A DNA stretch of 60,387 bases from Sumerlaeia bacterium (GCA_040219255.1 JAVJSW010000043.1:1-60387), one strand, 5' to 3'; shown: positions 19,662 to 31,118, counted from the stretch's first letter. Notes: generated by a model from the sequence alone, not told the origin. Made by a program: numbers and translations.

Positions 19662-21545
19662 ATGCCCGCACCTCGTCTCTCATTGAGGTTGCTTGTCTTA
19701 GGCTTCGCAGCTTCCCTGGCCGCGACCCCACTCTCAGCCCAGGAGCGGGTTTCTTCCACCGTGTCCACCGGACCCGGTGTCGCAAATCCGACACGCACCG
19801 TGTCGCCCACTCCCGCGCCAATGAGCCAAGCCGCACCGGTTGCGCCCGCTTCTGTCGACACAGAGGTCGACGACCCGATCCTGCCGGAAAGCGAACCGGC
19901 CAAATTGCCTAGAGTTCCAAACCCCGAGCGCCTCTTCGACGATGGCACCCTGGAGGGCCTCGAGGGTCCGGCCCGCTTCATCTCCGTCCAGGAGATCCTC
20001 CTGATGACCCTGGAGCAAAACCTCGACATCCGCGTCGAAGAAGAATCCCGGGACGCCCAGGCGGGCGCCGCCTTCAGCGAGCAAGGCATCTACGACCCCA
20101 CGGTGACGGCCCGATCGACGCGCTCACGCACCGACGAGCAGACCCGCAATCTTGGCGCGGCGGGAGGCGCCGGCGCCGGCACCTTCGATTTCAACAGTTC
20201 CTCCATCTACCAGGACGACACGGTGACCGAACTGATCCTGGGGCAGCGCACCCCCCTCGGCACCCGCGTCGAAATCTTCGCCCGCGATCATCGCCAGGAC
20301 ATCATGGACGGCCGCGCGGACACCACCCTCTCGCCCAGCTACCGCCAGGAAGCGGGTCTGCGCGTCACCCAGCCCCTGCTCAAGAACTTCGGGCCGCTGG
20401 TCAACAACGCGCCGATCCGCATCGCCAACCGGCGCCTCGACCAATCGAACTGGTCCTTTCGGGGCGAAGTGCAGGAACGGCTCAGCGATGTGATGCAGTC
20501 CTACTACGAATTGATTTTCGCCTACCTGGACCTGGAAGTCCAGAAAACGGCCCTCGAATCGGCGCGCGAACTCGAACGAAACAATCGCGCCCGCGTCGAA
20601 GTCGGCACCGAACCCCGCCTCTCCCTCTACCAGGCGGAAGCCCAGGTCGCCGAACGCGAAGCCCAGGTCATCCGCGCGGAAGCGGAAATCCTTCGCGCCC
20701 AGGACCAACTGCGCCGGCTGACCAACTGGGACGCCGAATCGAGTATCCGCACCTGGGACGGGCCCCTGGTGCCGACAGACCGGCTTTTCTACAACAAGGA
20801 CTTGCAGCTCCAGGAACCGCGCCTCATCGACGTGGCCTTCACCGCGCGGCCCGATATGCAGATCGCCCGCCTGGAAACGGAAATCGCCGAAATCGACCGC
20901 GATGTGGCCAAGCGCCAACGCCTCCCCGAGCTCAACGCCTTCGGCGAATACAGCTACTCGGGCGTCGGTGCCACCCGCTGGGGCGGCGCCAATGAGGAAC
21001 TCGACGGGCGCGACTATGCCAACTACTCCTTCGGTGCCGAGTTCATCTATCCCCTTTTCAATCGCCAGGCCCGGGGCCGGTTCCAGCAGACCGAGGCCCT
21101 GCTGCGGCGCGCCGAACTGAGCCAGGAGCAGCTCGAAGTCCTCATCACTGCCGAAGTCCGCCAAGCGGTTCGCATCGTCCGCACCGCCCTGGCCCGCATT
21201 CAGAGCAACCAGCGCCAGGTCATCGCTGACCGCGAGCGTGTCCGTTCCCAGCGCCTGCGCCTGCAGGAAGGGGAAGGAACGCAGTTCGAACTGCTGGAAG
21301 CGGAAGACGATCTGGCATCCTCGCGGGCCGCTCTGGCCCGGGCCCTGGTCGATTATCAGCAGGGTGTGGTAGAGGTGGCTCGTTCGACCGGCACACTGCT
21401 CTCGCAGCTCAACATCGCGGTGGACGACCAGGAAGAACCGCAGTGGTACGAATTGAACTACTCACCAGAGCAAGGCCCCGCGGTGCGCCCCGGAGAGGGC
21501 GGCTTACAGCCGGAAATCCGGCCCAGCGCGATCTTCAGCAACTAA
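19662..21545 (+). CDS. TolC-family outer membrane protein
   Basis: Signal peptide; TQPLLKNFG, RLPELN, YPLFNRQARG and two OEP-type helical repeats. Confidence 0.88.
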   Translation: MPAPRLSLRLLVLGFAASLAATPLSAQERVSSTVSTGPGVANPTRTVSPTPAPMSQAAPVAPASVDTEVDDPILPESEPAKLPRVPNPERLFDDGTLEGLEGPARFISVQEILLMTLEQNLDIRVEEESRDAQAGAAFSEQGIYDPTVTARSTRSRTDEQTRNLGAAGGAGAGTFDFNSSSIYQDDTVTELILGQRTPLGTRVEIFARDHRQDIMDGRADTTLSPSYRQEAGLRVTQPLLKNFGPLVNNAPIRIANRRLDQSNWSFRGEVQERLSDVMQSYYELIFAYLDLEVQKTALESARELERNNRARVEVGTEPRLSLYQAEAQVAEREAQVIRAEAEILRAQDQLRRLTNWDAESSIRTWDGPLVPTDRLFYNKDLQLQEPRLIDVAFTARPDMQIARLETEIAEIDRDVAKRQRLPELNAFGEYSYSGVGATRWGGANEELDGRDYANYSFGAEFIYPLFNRQARGRFQQTEALLRRAELSQEQLEVLITAEVRQAVRIVRTALARIQSNQRQVIADRERVRSQRLRLQEGEGTQFELLEAEDDLASSRAALARALVDYQQGVVEVARSTGTLLSQLNIAVDDQEEPQWYELNYSPEQGPAVRPGEGGLQPEIRPSAIFSN

Positions 21546-23953
21546 GCGCGCAACCTCGGCGTCACACGGCCCCGCTTGGCGCCGCTCTTCGGGCTTCTGT
21601 CCTTGGGCGGCGCCGTTTTCTTGTCCCGTACCAGCATCCGGTCCAGCACATCCATCAGCCCGTCCACGGGTACGAAGTCCAGCTTCGCGCGCACTTCCTC
21701 GCTGATCTCCTCCACATCGTCAATGTTGTCCCTTGGGATCAGCACCGTCATGATCTTGTTCCGATAGGCCGCTAGGGCCTTTTCCTTCAGCCCGCCGATC
21801 TTCAGCACCTTGCCCCGCAGCGTCGTCTCGCCTGTCATCGCGCAGTCCTGGCGCACCGGATAGCCCGATAGCGCGGATGCCATGCTCGTGGCCAGGGTGA
21901 TGCCGGCGCTCGGCCCGTCCTTGGGGATGGCGCCCTCCGGCAAGTGAATGTGGATGTCGAGCTTCTCGTAGAAATCCGGATCGATATCCAGCCGGTTGGC
22001 ATGCGACCGGATGTAGGACAGCGCCGTCTGGGCCGACTCGCGCATCACGTCGCCCAACTGACCCGTCAGGATCAGTTTACCTTTGCCCTTCATCAGCGTC
22101 GTTTCGACCGTCAGCAGTTCGCCACCCACTTCCGTCCAGGCCAGACCGACGGCGCTGCCCACTTCCGGCGCCCGCTCCAGTTCCTTGTCGCGGAACTTCA
22201 TGGGGCCGAGCAGATCGCGCAGCGTGCCGGGCCGCACGGACATCGGCTTGGATTTCGGATCCTGCACCACCTGGACGGCGACTTTACGGCAGACGGCGGC
22301 CAAGGTCCGATCGAGGTTCCGCACGCCGGCCTCGCGCGTGTAGCCCGTGATCAGCGACGCCATCGCCGCCTTGCTGATCTTCACCTGGGAAGCCGTCAGC
22401 CCGTGGGCGCGGCGCTGCTTGGGCATCAAGTGCCGCGTCGCGATATGCAGCTTTTCGTCCTCCGTGTACCCCGGCAGGCGGATGATCTCCATGCGGTCGA
22501 GCAGAGGCGGCGGAATCGACGCCATCGAGTTCGCCGTCATCAGGAACATCACCTGGCTCAGGTCGTACTCCACTTCGAGGTAATGATCCGCGAAGGTGCG
22601 ATTCTGTTCCGGATCGAGGACTTCGAGCATGGCCGACGCCGGATCGCCCCGCAGGTCGGAGGACATTTTGTCGATTTCATCCAGCAGGATCACCGGGTTC
22701 ACCGTGCCGGCGCGGCGCATGGCCTGGATAATCTTACCCGGCAGGGCACCCACATAAGTGCGCCGGTGGCCCCGGACTTCCGCTTCGTCGCGCACGCCAC
22801 CGAGGGAAAATCGCACGAAACGCCGGCCCACGCAGCGCGCGATGCTGGCGCCCAGGCTCGTCTTGCCCACGCCGGGTGGACCCACAAAGCACAGGATCGG
22901 CCCCCGAGCCTGACCCGCCAGCTTCACCACCGCCAGATATTCGAGGATTCGTTCTTTGATGCTCTCGAGTCCGTAGTGGTCTGTGTCGAGAATGCGCCGG
23001 GCATTCTTCAGATCGATCTGGTCATCGCTCGACTCGACCCAAGGCAGTTCGGTCAGCCACTCCAGGTAGGTGCGCGTGATGGCCGCTTCCGGGGCCAGCG
23101 GCGCCATGCGGGCCAGCCGGCTCAGCTCGCGGTCCGCCTTCTCCCGAGCTTCCTCCGTCATGCCACAGCCTTCGATGGCGCGCGCCAGTTCCTCCAGCTC
23201 CGGGTCTTCCTCGCCGGAAAGCCCAAGCTCCTGCTCGATCGCCTTCAGTTGCTCGTTCAAATAGAACTCGCGCTGCTCCTTGCCGATCTGATTCTTCACC
23301 TGCCCCTGGATTTTCGTCTCCAACTCCAGCAGTTGGTTCTCCGCGCTCAGGAACTGATTCAGGAGGATGAACTTTTCCTCCATCGAGGTCGACTCCAGGA
23401 TCTGCTGCTTTTCCTCCACCTTCAGCGTGGTGTGATGAGCCACGGCGTTGACGAACTCTTCGGGGTCCCGCGTGCCCGTAATGCTGTGCATCAGGTCCGT
23501 GGGCACCCGCCCGGAGTACGCGCAATACGTCTCGAACTGGTTGAGCACGGCGCGATGATGGGCCTGGATAGCGCCGGACTCTCGGCCGCTGACGGGATTG
23601 CGCACGACGAGCGCGTGGAGTCCCGACTCCTCTTCCACCGCCGGCGGATAATTGATGGCTCGAGCCGCGTAGCAGCCTTCCACCAGGACCTTGGCGGTGC
23701 CGTCGGCTTCCGGCAGGATCTGCAGGACTTCCGCCACGGTGCCGACTTCGAACAGGTCCGGGGGGCTCGGTTCTTCGACCTCGGAAGCCCGCTGACAAAC
23801 GAGAAAGACGCGCCGGTCGCGCGTGAGAGCCTCCTCGATCGCACCGAGAGAGACCGAGCGCATGACGAACAGCGGAATGATGGCCCCCGGAAAAGCGACC
23901 ATCTTCTTCAGAGGAACCACCGGCAGAAAATCCGATTCGAAAGCTTGCGTCAT
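21542..23953 (-). CDS. lon: ATP-dependent Lon protease
   Basis: [38 protein letters not shown]. Confidence 0.97.
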   Translation of the reverse strand: MTQAFESDFLPVVPLKKMVAFPGAIIPLFVMRSVSLGAIEEALTRDRRVFLVCQRASEVEEPSPPDLFEVGTVAEVLQILPEADGTAKVLVEGCYAARAINYPPAVEEESGLHALVVRNPVSGRESGAIQAHHRAVLNQFETYCAYSGRVPTDLMHSITGTRDPEEFVNAVAHHTTLKVEEKQQILESTSMEEKFILLNQFLSAENQLLELETKIQGQVKNQIGKEQREFYLNEQLKAIEQELGLSGEEDPELEELARAIEGCGMTEEAREKADRELSRLARMAPLAPEAAITRTYLEWLTELPWVESSDDQIDLKNARRILDTDHYGLESIKERILEYLAVVKLAGQARGPILCFVGPPGVGKTSLGASIARCVGRRFVRFSLGGVRDEAEVRGHRRTYVGALPGKIIQAMRRAGTVNPVILLDEIDKMSSDLRGDPASAMLEVLDPEQNRTFADHYLEVEYDLSQVMFLMTANSMASIPPPLLDRMEIIRLPGYTEDEKLHIATRHLMPKQRRAHGLTASQVKISKAAMASLITGYTREAGVRNLDRTLAAVCRKVAVQVVQDPKSKPMSVRPGTLRDLLGPMKFRDKELERAPEVGSAVGLAWTEVGGELLTVETTLMKGKGKLILTGQLGDVMRESAQTALSYIRSHANRLDIDPDFYEKLDIHIHLPEGAIPKDGPSAGITLATSMASALSGYPVRQDCAMTGETTLRGKVLKIGGLKEKALAAYRNKIMTVLIPRDNIDDVEEISEEVRAKLDFVPVDGLMDVLDRMLVRDKKTAPPKDRSPKSGAKRGRVTPRLRA

Positions 23954-24085
23954 TTCTTTCCTCAGTCTGGGTGCGATACCACAATCCAGGCCGTTTCCCC
24001 GGATCGACGGTGAGACTCAAAACTCCCGTTCGCCCTCTACATTGTCCAGGAGATTGTTGAGTTTATGCCTGGACGGGAAAGCAAG

Positions 24086-24113
24086 GCTCCCGCCGTCGAA
24101 TGACGGCGGGAGC
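24086..24113 (-). terminator. hairpin downstream of the S8 gene, probable terminator
   Basis: Perfect 12-bp stem GCTCCCGCCGTC/GACGGCGGGAGC; weak U-tail on the minus strand. Confidence 0.55.
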
Positions 24114-24151
24114 GGGACTCGGTCGGGGGTTGAGCGCGGCGCGCGCGGGCC

Positions 24152-27100
24152 TTACTCGATTTCGGATTCGTCCGGATAGCCCAGGATGCCGATCAGGTCG
24201 AACTCGGCGAACTGCAAGTGGAGGAACGCCGCGTCGGGGCGCGACTCGCTCGGCGTGCCCAGCGAGTACACATCCCAGGCCGCCGTGACGCCCACCTGCT
24301 CGCCTTCGGTCTGAGCCGTCGGCACCCGCATGTAGATCGTGTAAGCCTTATCTTCCTCGATGGAGGACGACAGGTTCGCCTCGCCGATCGGCACGATCCC
24401 GTAAGAAACCGTGTGCGTATTGTCCGCCGTCGAAAGGCGGAAACGCATCGTCGGGTTGTCGAGCGGGTCGCGCTCCTGAGACGTGATGACGGTGCGGAAG
24501 CGCACAAAGCGCGGTTCGTCCGCCGAGGCCGCCGGAACCGTCAGGGTTCCAGGCTTGGTGTTCCAGAAGCCGAAGCTGTTGCCCGGCAGAGTGGTCCGGG
24601 TGCTCAGGCTGAAGGAGGTCACATCGAACAGCGGCAGATCGAAGTTGCCGGGCGAACCGCCCGATTCCCACGCATCGGTGCCGCTGCCATCGTCGAAGGT
24701 GAAGTCCGGCAGATCCGCGACGACCGAGATCGTTTCCTGCGGGATGCGGAAGATGTCGACGCGCTCGAGGTTATAGCCCCCGGTCGCTTCGCCGTCGCCG
24801 AAGTTCAACAGGTCGAAGGCCAGTGTGTAGATCTGATCCTCACGCTTGAGATCGTAGATACCGATCTGCGGTTCGATCAGGAAATCCACAATGCCGTCGG
24901 CCCCATCGAGCGCGTTGCCTTCGCTCGTGCTGACGATTTCGCCCGTTCCGAATTCCTGGAAGTCGCGCGAGTTCATGCGCAGACGCATGCGCGGCGCATC
25001 CTCCAGGCTCGTCCCCTCGTAACTCACATAGCCGCGGTAGAGGTAGACCGGCCCCTGGCGGAGATCCACGTCGCCGGGCAGCGGCGACGGGTTCTCTTCC
25101 TGATCGAAGGCAAACAACTGCAAGGCCGAGTCGGGGGACTTATAGAAGCCGAACACGTTCTGATTAGCGCCCGGCGAAGTCAGCCGCAGCGACGACACCA
25201 GCGTCTGGTGGTTCGGCGGGATGAGGCCCTGCACCGCTGAGAACTCCCAGCCGTCGCCCTCTGAATCGAACAGGTAACGCGTCTGGCGCGATACCCGGTC
25301 CTCCAGCGGCGGCGGAGGCGTCGTCGGGTTCGGCGGAGTCGTCGGAACCGGCGTCGGTGTCGGTGTCGGGATGACCACCGGGAAGGTGGTCCGGCCAACA
25401 GGGATGTCGTTAAGGATTCCGATTTCGCCGACCGTACCGCCGCTGGCGGCCGAAGCGGCTTCCGTCACGGAGGTCGCGAAGCCGGTGAAAATCACCGAAT
25501 CGGAATCGGGACCCCAGGCGGGATAGATACCGCCCGCGTACTGATCCGGCCCGCTGGTGCGGGTCGCCAGAGCCCCCTCATAGGCCAGCACCGGTCCGCG
25601 ATTGTCGCGGGTCAGCGTCAGCTTCTGACCGACCGGTGGAGTCCGGCTCAGGTACGAGGTAACCGCGTTTTCGATCACGTAAATCTGATATTCCGAGAAA
25701 ACCCCCAGCGTCGGCGATGTCGGCAAGGCCGAGGGATCGGTGACGTCCGCCCGGTTCGACGCGAAGACCAGCCGTTCGCCATCGGAGGAGAAGCGCGGAT
25801 GGATTTCATTGGTCAAGGTCGAGTCGCTCAGAAGGTTCACCACCGGGACCACGGTCTGGCCCGGTTGGCTGCCGATCCGCGGAACCGCGTAGAGATTGAT
25901 GTCGCCCAATGTATCGACGGCGGAGAACACGACGACCGAATCGGTCGAGTCCACCGTCATCTCGCGAATCGCCGTCAGCGGCGAGGAGCCGACAAGCGTT
26001 CGGTTCGCGCCCTCCACATCGACCACGAACTCGCGATTGGAACCGTCGTACTCGACCGAGTAGATCGAGGTTCCGTCGGTGTAGAGGACGGAGTCGCTGG
26101 CGGTGGCCAGGGTGGCGGCGAAATGCGCGCTCTCTCCGGAGAGCGGGACCCGGGCGACCAACTGCTCGCCGTAGCCGTCGTTCGTCACCAGGTAGATCTG
26201 GCCTTCCGTCGGACTCGGCCGCACCGCGTACATGAGCAGGTTGTTGTCCGTGGTGGCTTCAAAGCTCACCACTTCCGGATCATTGACCTGGAAGATCTGA
26301 GCCGGGCGGCGGCGTTCGATGCGAATGAAGTCCTCGGACTCGGCCGATTGGCCGTAGCCGTCGTTGTAGGCGGTTTTCACTCGAGTCAAGTCGTTGTCGA
26401 CGAAGAACGCTTCCTTGCCGTTGGCCGCGAGGGCGGGCTGGCGGCCGAACTGATCGACCAGTTTGACCGCCGGCGGATTGATAAAGTTTTCGTTCGTCTC
26501 TTCGCTGGCCGCGTAAATGCGGATGCCGGAAATCTGGAAACCCTGATAATCGCGGCGCACTTCCAAAACCTGGTCGAAGGGGAACTCGCCGGTGTAGTCG
26601 TACTCGGGCAAGTACGAGGGACCGGTTTGCAGAGCTACCGCCACGCCCACCGAATCGCCCGTCGCCTCGCCCAAATAGAACCGGTAAGTGCGGAACTCGA
26701 ACTCTCCGGGCTCGAGGATCGGATCGTAAACCACTTCCTCTCCCCAGGTCGCCACGGGGATTTCGTCTTCGTCTTCCTCGGTGGAGACAGCGAACGCGGG
26801 TGAGTCTTTCGGCTCGTTGCGCGAGTCGCCGACGATCAAGCCGACGCGCCGGCCGCTCAAGCCAAGCGAGTCGATACTGCTCGCCGCGTTTCCATCTTCG
26901 TTGAAACGCCTCTCTTCCTCTGTCTCGCCGTTCAGAACGGTTTCCGTCGTGAATCGTTCCGCCAGGATTTCGATATAGTCGAACTCGTAGAACAGGCCTG
27001 TCGTGCCATCGGCTTCGGTCACCGAGTCGGTGACGTTGAAGAAGCCGAGCTCGTGCTTGATATCGATTTCCATAATCATCGGCGTGCGAGAGCGGCGCAG

Positions 27101-29806
27101 CTCTTCCGGCAGATCGAACGGCGTGGCGCTGCTCAACACATAGCGATAATTGGGGAAAAAGCGGCCGCGGGGGTTGTAGTTTCGTTCGCTCGCCGCAGTA
27201 TCCGTGGTCGGCGGATTGGACATGATGATGATGCCATCCGAAACGGCTCCGCCAAACTCGAAGTTCAAGAACGGGTCCTGCGCGCCCAGCGAACTGACTT
27301 CCGTCAAGTCGGGAAAGAGAGTCGTCGTGTCCACATAGCGCGGCACTTCGTCGGGCCTCAGGAAGGGAAATTCGTCATCGTTTCGGGCCGCCGGATCGCC
27401 AAAGTCCACCGAAGCCCGAACCCATGGGCCGGTGTCGGCGCCACAGTTCGATGACTCGGGGAATTCCGGATCTTCCGCACCCGGGGGTGCGCATTCCAGT
27501 GAAATGGCTTCATAATCGGCGGCGAAGTCGCTCACGTAGAGGCTTACGAGCTGGATGATTCGCAGGGGCGACGGGGCGAACTGGTTCGTGATAGCGTTGT
27601 AAGGGTTGGGCCGGCCATAGCCGTACTCGTGATGGAAGCCGTCGGGCGAGTAATTCCGAACCTGGCCGAGACCCTCGCGCCAGCCGTTGGGGTTGCCGAG
27701 AATGATCGTACCCTCAGGCGGGAAGGCTCCCTTGCGGGCCCCCTCCTCCTCCTCCGGTTCCGGCGGCAGTTTCGGCTCTGGCGCGAGCCCGCCGGTGTTG
27801 TCGATGTAAATGTAGGGATTCGGCGGCCGGTCGGCGGACTTGACCAGCACCTTGAACAAATCGGCTGATGAAATCGACGGGTTCGCCGACAAATAAAGCG
27901 CCGCCACACCGGTGATGATCGGGCAGGAAGCGCTCGTGCCGCTGAAGGGAATGTCCTGCGGCGGATCGTTGAAAGCCGAATCGCCGAAGGCGTCCGTGTA
28001 ATTGCCTTGGGGATCGATCAGGTCGAAGGGGTTCGGCTGGCTGTACCCCGGTCCGCCCTCGATGTCCGTGGTCACGATGCCCGACAGATCCCGGTCCTGG
28101 AAATAGAAGGGATCGGTCGGGGGCTGCGTGACGTTACGCAGTGAGTCGTTGAACGGGTTCAGGAACAGGCCGGGAGGCGAGTTGAAATCGTAGCTCGGTC
28201 CGACGAAGTCCAGTTTGCCTGAGAAACTCGCGTAGCTCACCCGCTCGCCCTGATCCGTCACGGCTCCCACGCTGTACGTGGCTTCGTAAAGGGCCGGGTA
28301 AGCCATGGGGCCGTAATCGTTGGCCGAAGATACAAAGTTCGACATCCCGAGATTGAACCGGCCCGAGGTGCGTGAAAACTCGAAGGCCAACTCAAAGCTT
28401 AGCAGCGGCGAGGGCCCCCCGTAGGAATGGTTGCCCACGTCGGCCTGAGCGTTCGTGGCTGTGGTGACGGCTGAAATAAAGTCATCGAAACTGGCCGAGA
28501 GCCCATCGCTGAAAACGCGGTAAGTCAGGATTTTCGCGCCGGGAGCGACACCGGTGACGCCGACGCCGTTGTTCTCGACCGCGGCGATCAGACCCGCCAC
28601 GGCCGTACCGTGGCCATCGACGCCGCCGGGGATGGTGCCGGAGTCCGGCAGACCATCGTTTTCCGCGAAGTCGAAGCCCAGACGCGGATCGATCATCGAG
28701 TCGCTGCGCGGATCGTCGATGTTTCCGCCGACCCAATAGTGGTCGTTCTCTTCCACCGGAATCAGATTGTCCGGGTTCGGCTCGTTGGGATTGAAGTACA
28801 ATCGGACGTTGTAATCCTCGTGATCGAGGTCCGTGCCGTCGTCGAGAACCGCGACGATGACGGGAAGTTGGGCGCCGAAATTGGCGAACAGCGTCGTCGC
28901 GTCCGTGGTGGGGCAATCGTCCGGATTGGGTGAGGGGCAGGGGTCATCCGGATCGCTGACGCGGATGTTCGGGTTCCAGGCGCGGGGTGCGTCCACGTCT
29001 TCGTCCATCACGCCGCGGCGGCGCTGCGTGTTTTCCTTCGTGTTCATCAGGTGCCACTGAAGCGGGAACAACGGATCGTCGCCAGCCCGCAATGCCGTCG
29101 AAGACTGAAGTTTCAGCGGCGCCGCCAGGACCGGATCGACCCACTTGACCAAGTCCCCGTCGCTCTTCATCAGGTCCCGCGAGAGGGCCAGAATCTGCTC
29201 CGAATCGCGATCCGAAGCATAAACGCTGAACGCGTTGGTGAATAGCTTGCTCTTCACCTTCAGGCCATGGGCGGCGAAGAAGGCGTTCCGCTGGTCCATT
29301 CCCACGCCGTCCTGGAAAATCACGATCAGGCGCCGAGGCACCGTGACGAGATGCTGGAGCGTGTTGCCACCATTCGTGTAAAAAGCCGTGTCAACCGACC
29401 GAACGTCCTGTAGACCGGCGGTCTTCGAGGCGACGAGGGCTTTGGCCTCGGAGGGGGAGACGCGGGCGACCACTTGCCGTTCGAAGGGGTTGATCCGGAC
29501 AGCGTCGAGTCCCGCTTCCTTCATCTTGCCCGAAGCGAGTTTCTTGAACTCGGAGAAGCCGATGCCGGAATCGAATTGCAGGACCGCCAGATCGGTCGCG
29601 GCTCGAAGCGGCACCTTCTCGGTCTTGTACAAGTAGTAGTGTTCGGGCTCGGGAAGGAGAGAGCGATAGGAGGCGGCGGAGGCTGGCGGCGGGCTCAGCG
29701 CGCCGGCGCCCAAAACCCCGGCGGCAAGCACCGCCGCGGCGGAAGCGGCCCATGCCAAAGAATTCGATTTGCGGGAGTTAGCGGGTTTCCCTGTGTTGAA
29801 CACCAT
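24152..29806 (-). CDS. large secreted S8 (subtilisin-like) peptidase with TolB/PD40-like propeller, PT linker and duplicated C-terminal domain
   Basis: Catalytic triad VAVLDDG, HGTAVAGLIAA, FSGTSASCP; HPRFSSDGERLVFASNR; PTPTPTP linker; signal peptide. Confidence 0.9.
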   Translation of the reverse strand: MVFNTGKPANSRKSNSLAWAASAAAVLAAGVLGAGALSPPPASAASYRSLLPEPEHYYLYKTEKVPLRAATDLAVLQFDSGIGFSEFKKLASGKMKEAGLDAVRINPFERQVVARVSPSEAKALVASKTAGLQDVRSVDTAFYTNGGNTLQHLVTVPRRLIVIFQDGVGMDQRNAFFAAHGLKVKSKLFTNAFSVYASDRDSEQILALSRDLMKSDGDLVKWVDPVLAAPLKLQSSTALRAGDDPLFPLQWHLMNTKENTQRRRGVMDEDVDAPRAWNPNIRVSDPDDPCPSPNPDDCPTTDATTLFANFGAQLPVIVAVLDDGTDLDHEDYNVRLYFNPNEPNPDNLIPVEENDHYWVGGNIDDPRSDSMIDPRLGFDFAENDGLPDSGTIPGGVDGHGTAVAGLIAAVENNGVGVTGVAPGAKILTYRVFSDGLSASFDDFISAVTTATNAQADVGNHSYGGPSPLLSFELAFEFSRTSGRFNLGMSNFVSSANDYGPMAYPALYEATYSVGAVTDQGERVSYASFSGKLDFVGPSYDFNSPPGLFLNPFNDSLRNVTQPPTDPFYFQDRDLSGIVTTDIEGGPGYSQPNPFDLIDPQGNYTDAFGDSAFNDPPQDIPFSGTSASCPIITGVAALYLSANPSISSADLFKVLVKSADRPPNPYIYIDNTGGLAPEPKLPPEPEEEEGARKGAFPPEGTIILGNPNGWREGLGQVRNYSPDGFHHEYGYGRPNPYNAITNQFAPSPLRIIQLVSLYVSDFAADYEAISLECAPPGAEDPEFPESSNCGADTGPWVRASVDFGDPAARNDDEFPFLRPDEVPRYVDTTTLFPDLTEVSSLGAQDPFLNFEFGGAVSDGIIIMSNPPTTDTAASERNYNPRGRFFPNYRYVLSSATPFDLPEELRRSRTPMIMEIDIKHELGFFNVTDSVTEADGTTGLFYEFDYIEILAERFTTETVLNGETEEERRFNEDGNAASSIDSLGLSGRRVGLIVGDSRNEPKDSPAFAVSTEEDEDEIPVATWGEEVVYDPILEPGEFEFRTYRFYLGEATGDSVGVAVALQTGPSYLPEYDYTGEFPFDQVLEVRRDYQGFQISGIRIYAASEETNENFINPPAVKLVDQFGRQPALAANGKEAFFVDNDLTRVKTAYNDGYGQSAESEDFIRIERRRPAQIFQVNDPEVVSFEATTDNNLLMYAVRPSPTEGQIYLVTNDGYGEQLVARVPLSGESAHFAATLATASDSVLYTDGTSIYSVEYDGSNREFVVDVEGANRTLVGSSPLTAIREMTVDSTDSVVVFSAVDTLGDINLYAVPRIGSQPGQTVVPVVNLLSDSTLTNEIHPRFSSDGERLVFASNRADVTDPSALPTSPTLGVFSEYQIYVIENAVTSYLSRTPPVGQKLTLTRDNRGPVLAYEGALATRTSGPDQYAGGIYPAWGPDSDSVIFTGFATSVTEAASAASGGTVGEIGILNDIPVGRTTFPVVIPTPTPTPVPTTPPNPTTPPPPLEDRVSRQTRYLFDSEGDGWEFSAVQGLIPPNHQTLVSSLRLTSPGANQNVFGFYKSPDSALQLFAFDQEENPSPLPGDVDLRQGPVYLYRGYVSYEGTSLEDAPRMRLRMNSRDFQEFGTGEIVSTSEGNALDGADGIVDFLIEPQIGIYDLKREDQIYTLAFDLLNFGDGEATGGYNLERVDIFRIPQETISVVADLPDFTFDDGSGTDAWESGGSPGNFDLPLFDVTSFSLSTRTTLPGNSFGFWNTKPGTLTVPAASADEPRFVRFRTVITSQERDPLDNPTMRFRLSTADNTHTVSYGIVPIGEANLSSSIEEDKAYTIYMRVPTAQTEGEQVGVTAAWDVYSLGTPSESRPDAAFLHLQFAEFDLIGILGYPDESEIE

Positions 29807-30170
29807 GCGAGATCCTCGGTTCCGTTCGATGCGGTCGTTTTTCAGACATCCATCATGCAAATGACGTCTTTGCCCAGATTTCCCGGGCAGCGTCAATCCC
29901 TACGCATTGCCGATGCACGGCGTAGTTTTGAGAAGGGTGGGACGCCAGGGGCAAGGGATCAAGTGCATTTGGAGAAAAACCCACGCGCACTTTTCAACCC
30001 TTAGTTTAACACAACAAATAAAGACCGAGCCCCCGCCCCGCCCTCTATGACCCCCAACCGCTCCGCGCCCACTCCCCCTTCCCGTCGACTTTCCCTTGCT
30101 CAATGCGGCTTCGGATGGCTCAACAAGACGATTCGCGTCGTGATCCCGCACACCCCGCACAGGAGCCGCC

Positions 30171-31118
30171 ATGCCCCTCGAAGATTTTCTCGACATCCGC
30201 CCCCACGTCCAGGACGCGCTGGCCTCCGGCAAACCACTGGTCGCCCTGGAGTCGACCATCATCACCCACGGGCTGCCCCGGCCGGTGAACCTGGAAACCG
30301 CCCGCGGCTGCGAAGACACGGTGCGCTCGCACGGCGCCGTGCCCGCCACCATCGGCATCCACGACGGCAAACTGGTCGTCGGCCTCGAGTCTCAGGAAAT
30401 CGCCGAACTGGCCAACGCCGACGATGTCGCCAAGACCAATCTGAGCAACCTCGCCATGGTCATCGCCGGAGGTGGCTATGGCGCCACCAGCGTCAGCACC
30501 ACGCTCCTCGCGGCACGACTGGCGGGCATTCGCGTCGTCGCCACGGGGGGCATCGGCGGCGTCCATCGCGGCTTCGGCGAAGTTTTCGACATCTCCAGCG
30601 ACCTCACCTCCCTCGCCCATGCAGGAGGTGTGCTCGTCTCCGCCGGCGCCAAGGTCATCCTCGATGTGGCCGCGACCCGCGAACACCTCGAAACCCTCGG
30701 CATCCCCGTCGTTGGCTGGCGGACCGACTGGTTCCCCCTCTTCTACAGCGTCGGCCGCGACATCGCTGTCGACTACCGCGTCGAAGACGCGAGCGCCGTC
30801 GCCCGAGGCCTCCACACCCATGAGGCCCTCGGCCTCGAGACCACCATGCTGGTGGTCGCCGACCCGCCGGAAGAAGACGCCCTCGATCCCGAATTGCTCG
30901 GCGAAGCCATCGAACACGCGCAAGCGGAAGCGCATGAGGACGGCATCACAGGCCGCGACGTAACCCCCTATCTACTGGCCCGGATCAAGGACCTGACCCA
31001 GGGCGAGAGCCTTCGAGCCAACCTTTCCCTGATCCACAACAACTGCGCCATCGCGGCCCAAATCGCCTGCGCCCTGGCCAAGTCGGGAACCAAGGCCGCC
31101 GAGCCGGCGGCCGTCTAG
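30171..31118 (+). CDS. psuG: pseudouridine-5'-phosphate glycosidase
   Basis: VALESTIITHGLP, ATGGIGGVHRG, DISSDL, AGAK, VTPYLL. Confidence 0.93.
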   Translation: MPLEDFLDIRPHVQDALASGKPLVALESTIITHGLPRPVNLETARGCEDTVRSHGAVPATIGIHDGKLVVGLESQEIAELANADDVAKTNLSNLAMVIAGGGYGATSVSTTLLAARLAGIRVVATGGIGGVHRGFGEVFDISSDLTSLAHAGGVLVSAGAKVILDVAATREHLETLGIPVVGWRTDWFPLFYSVGRDIAVDYRVEDASAVARGLHTHEALGLETTMLVVADPPEEDALDPELLGEAIEHAQAEAHEDGITGRDVTPYLLARIKDLTQGESLRANLSLIHNNCAIAAQIACALAKSGTKAAEPAAV

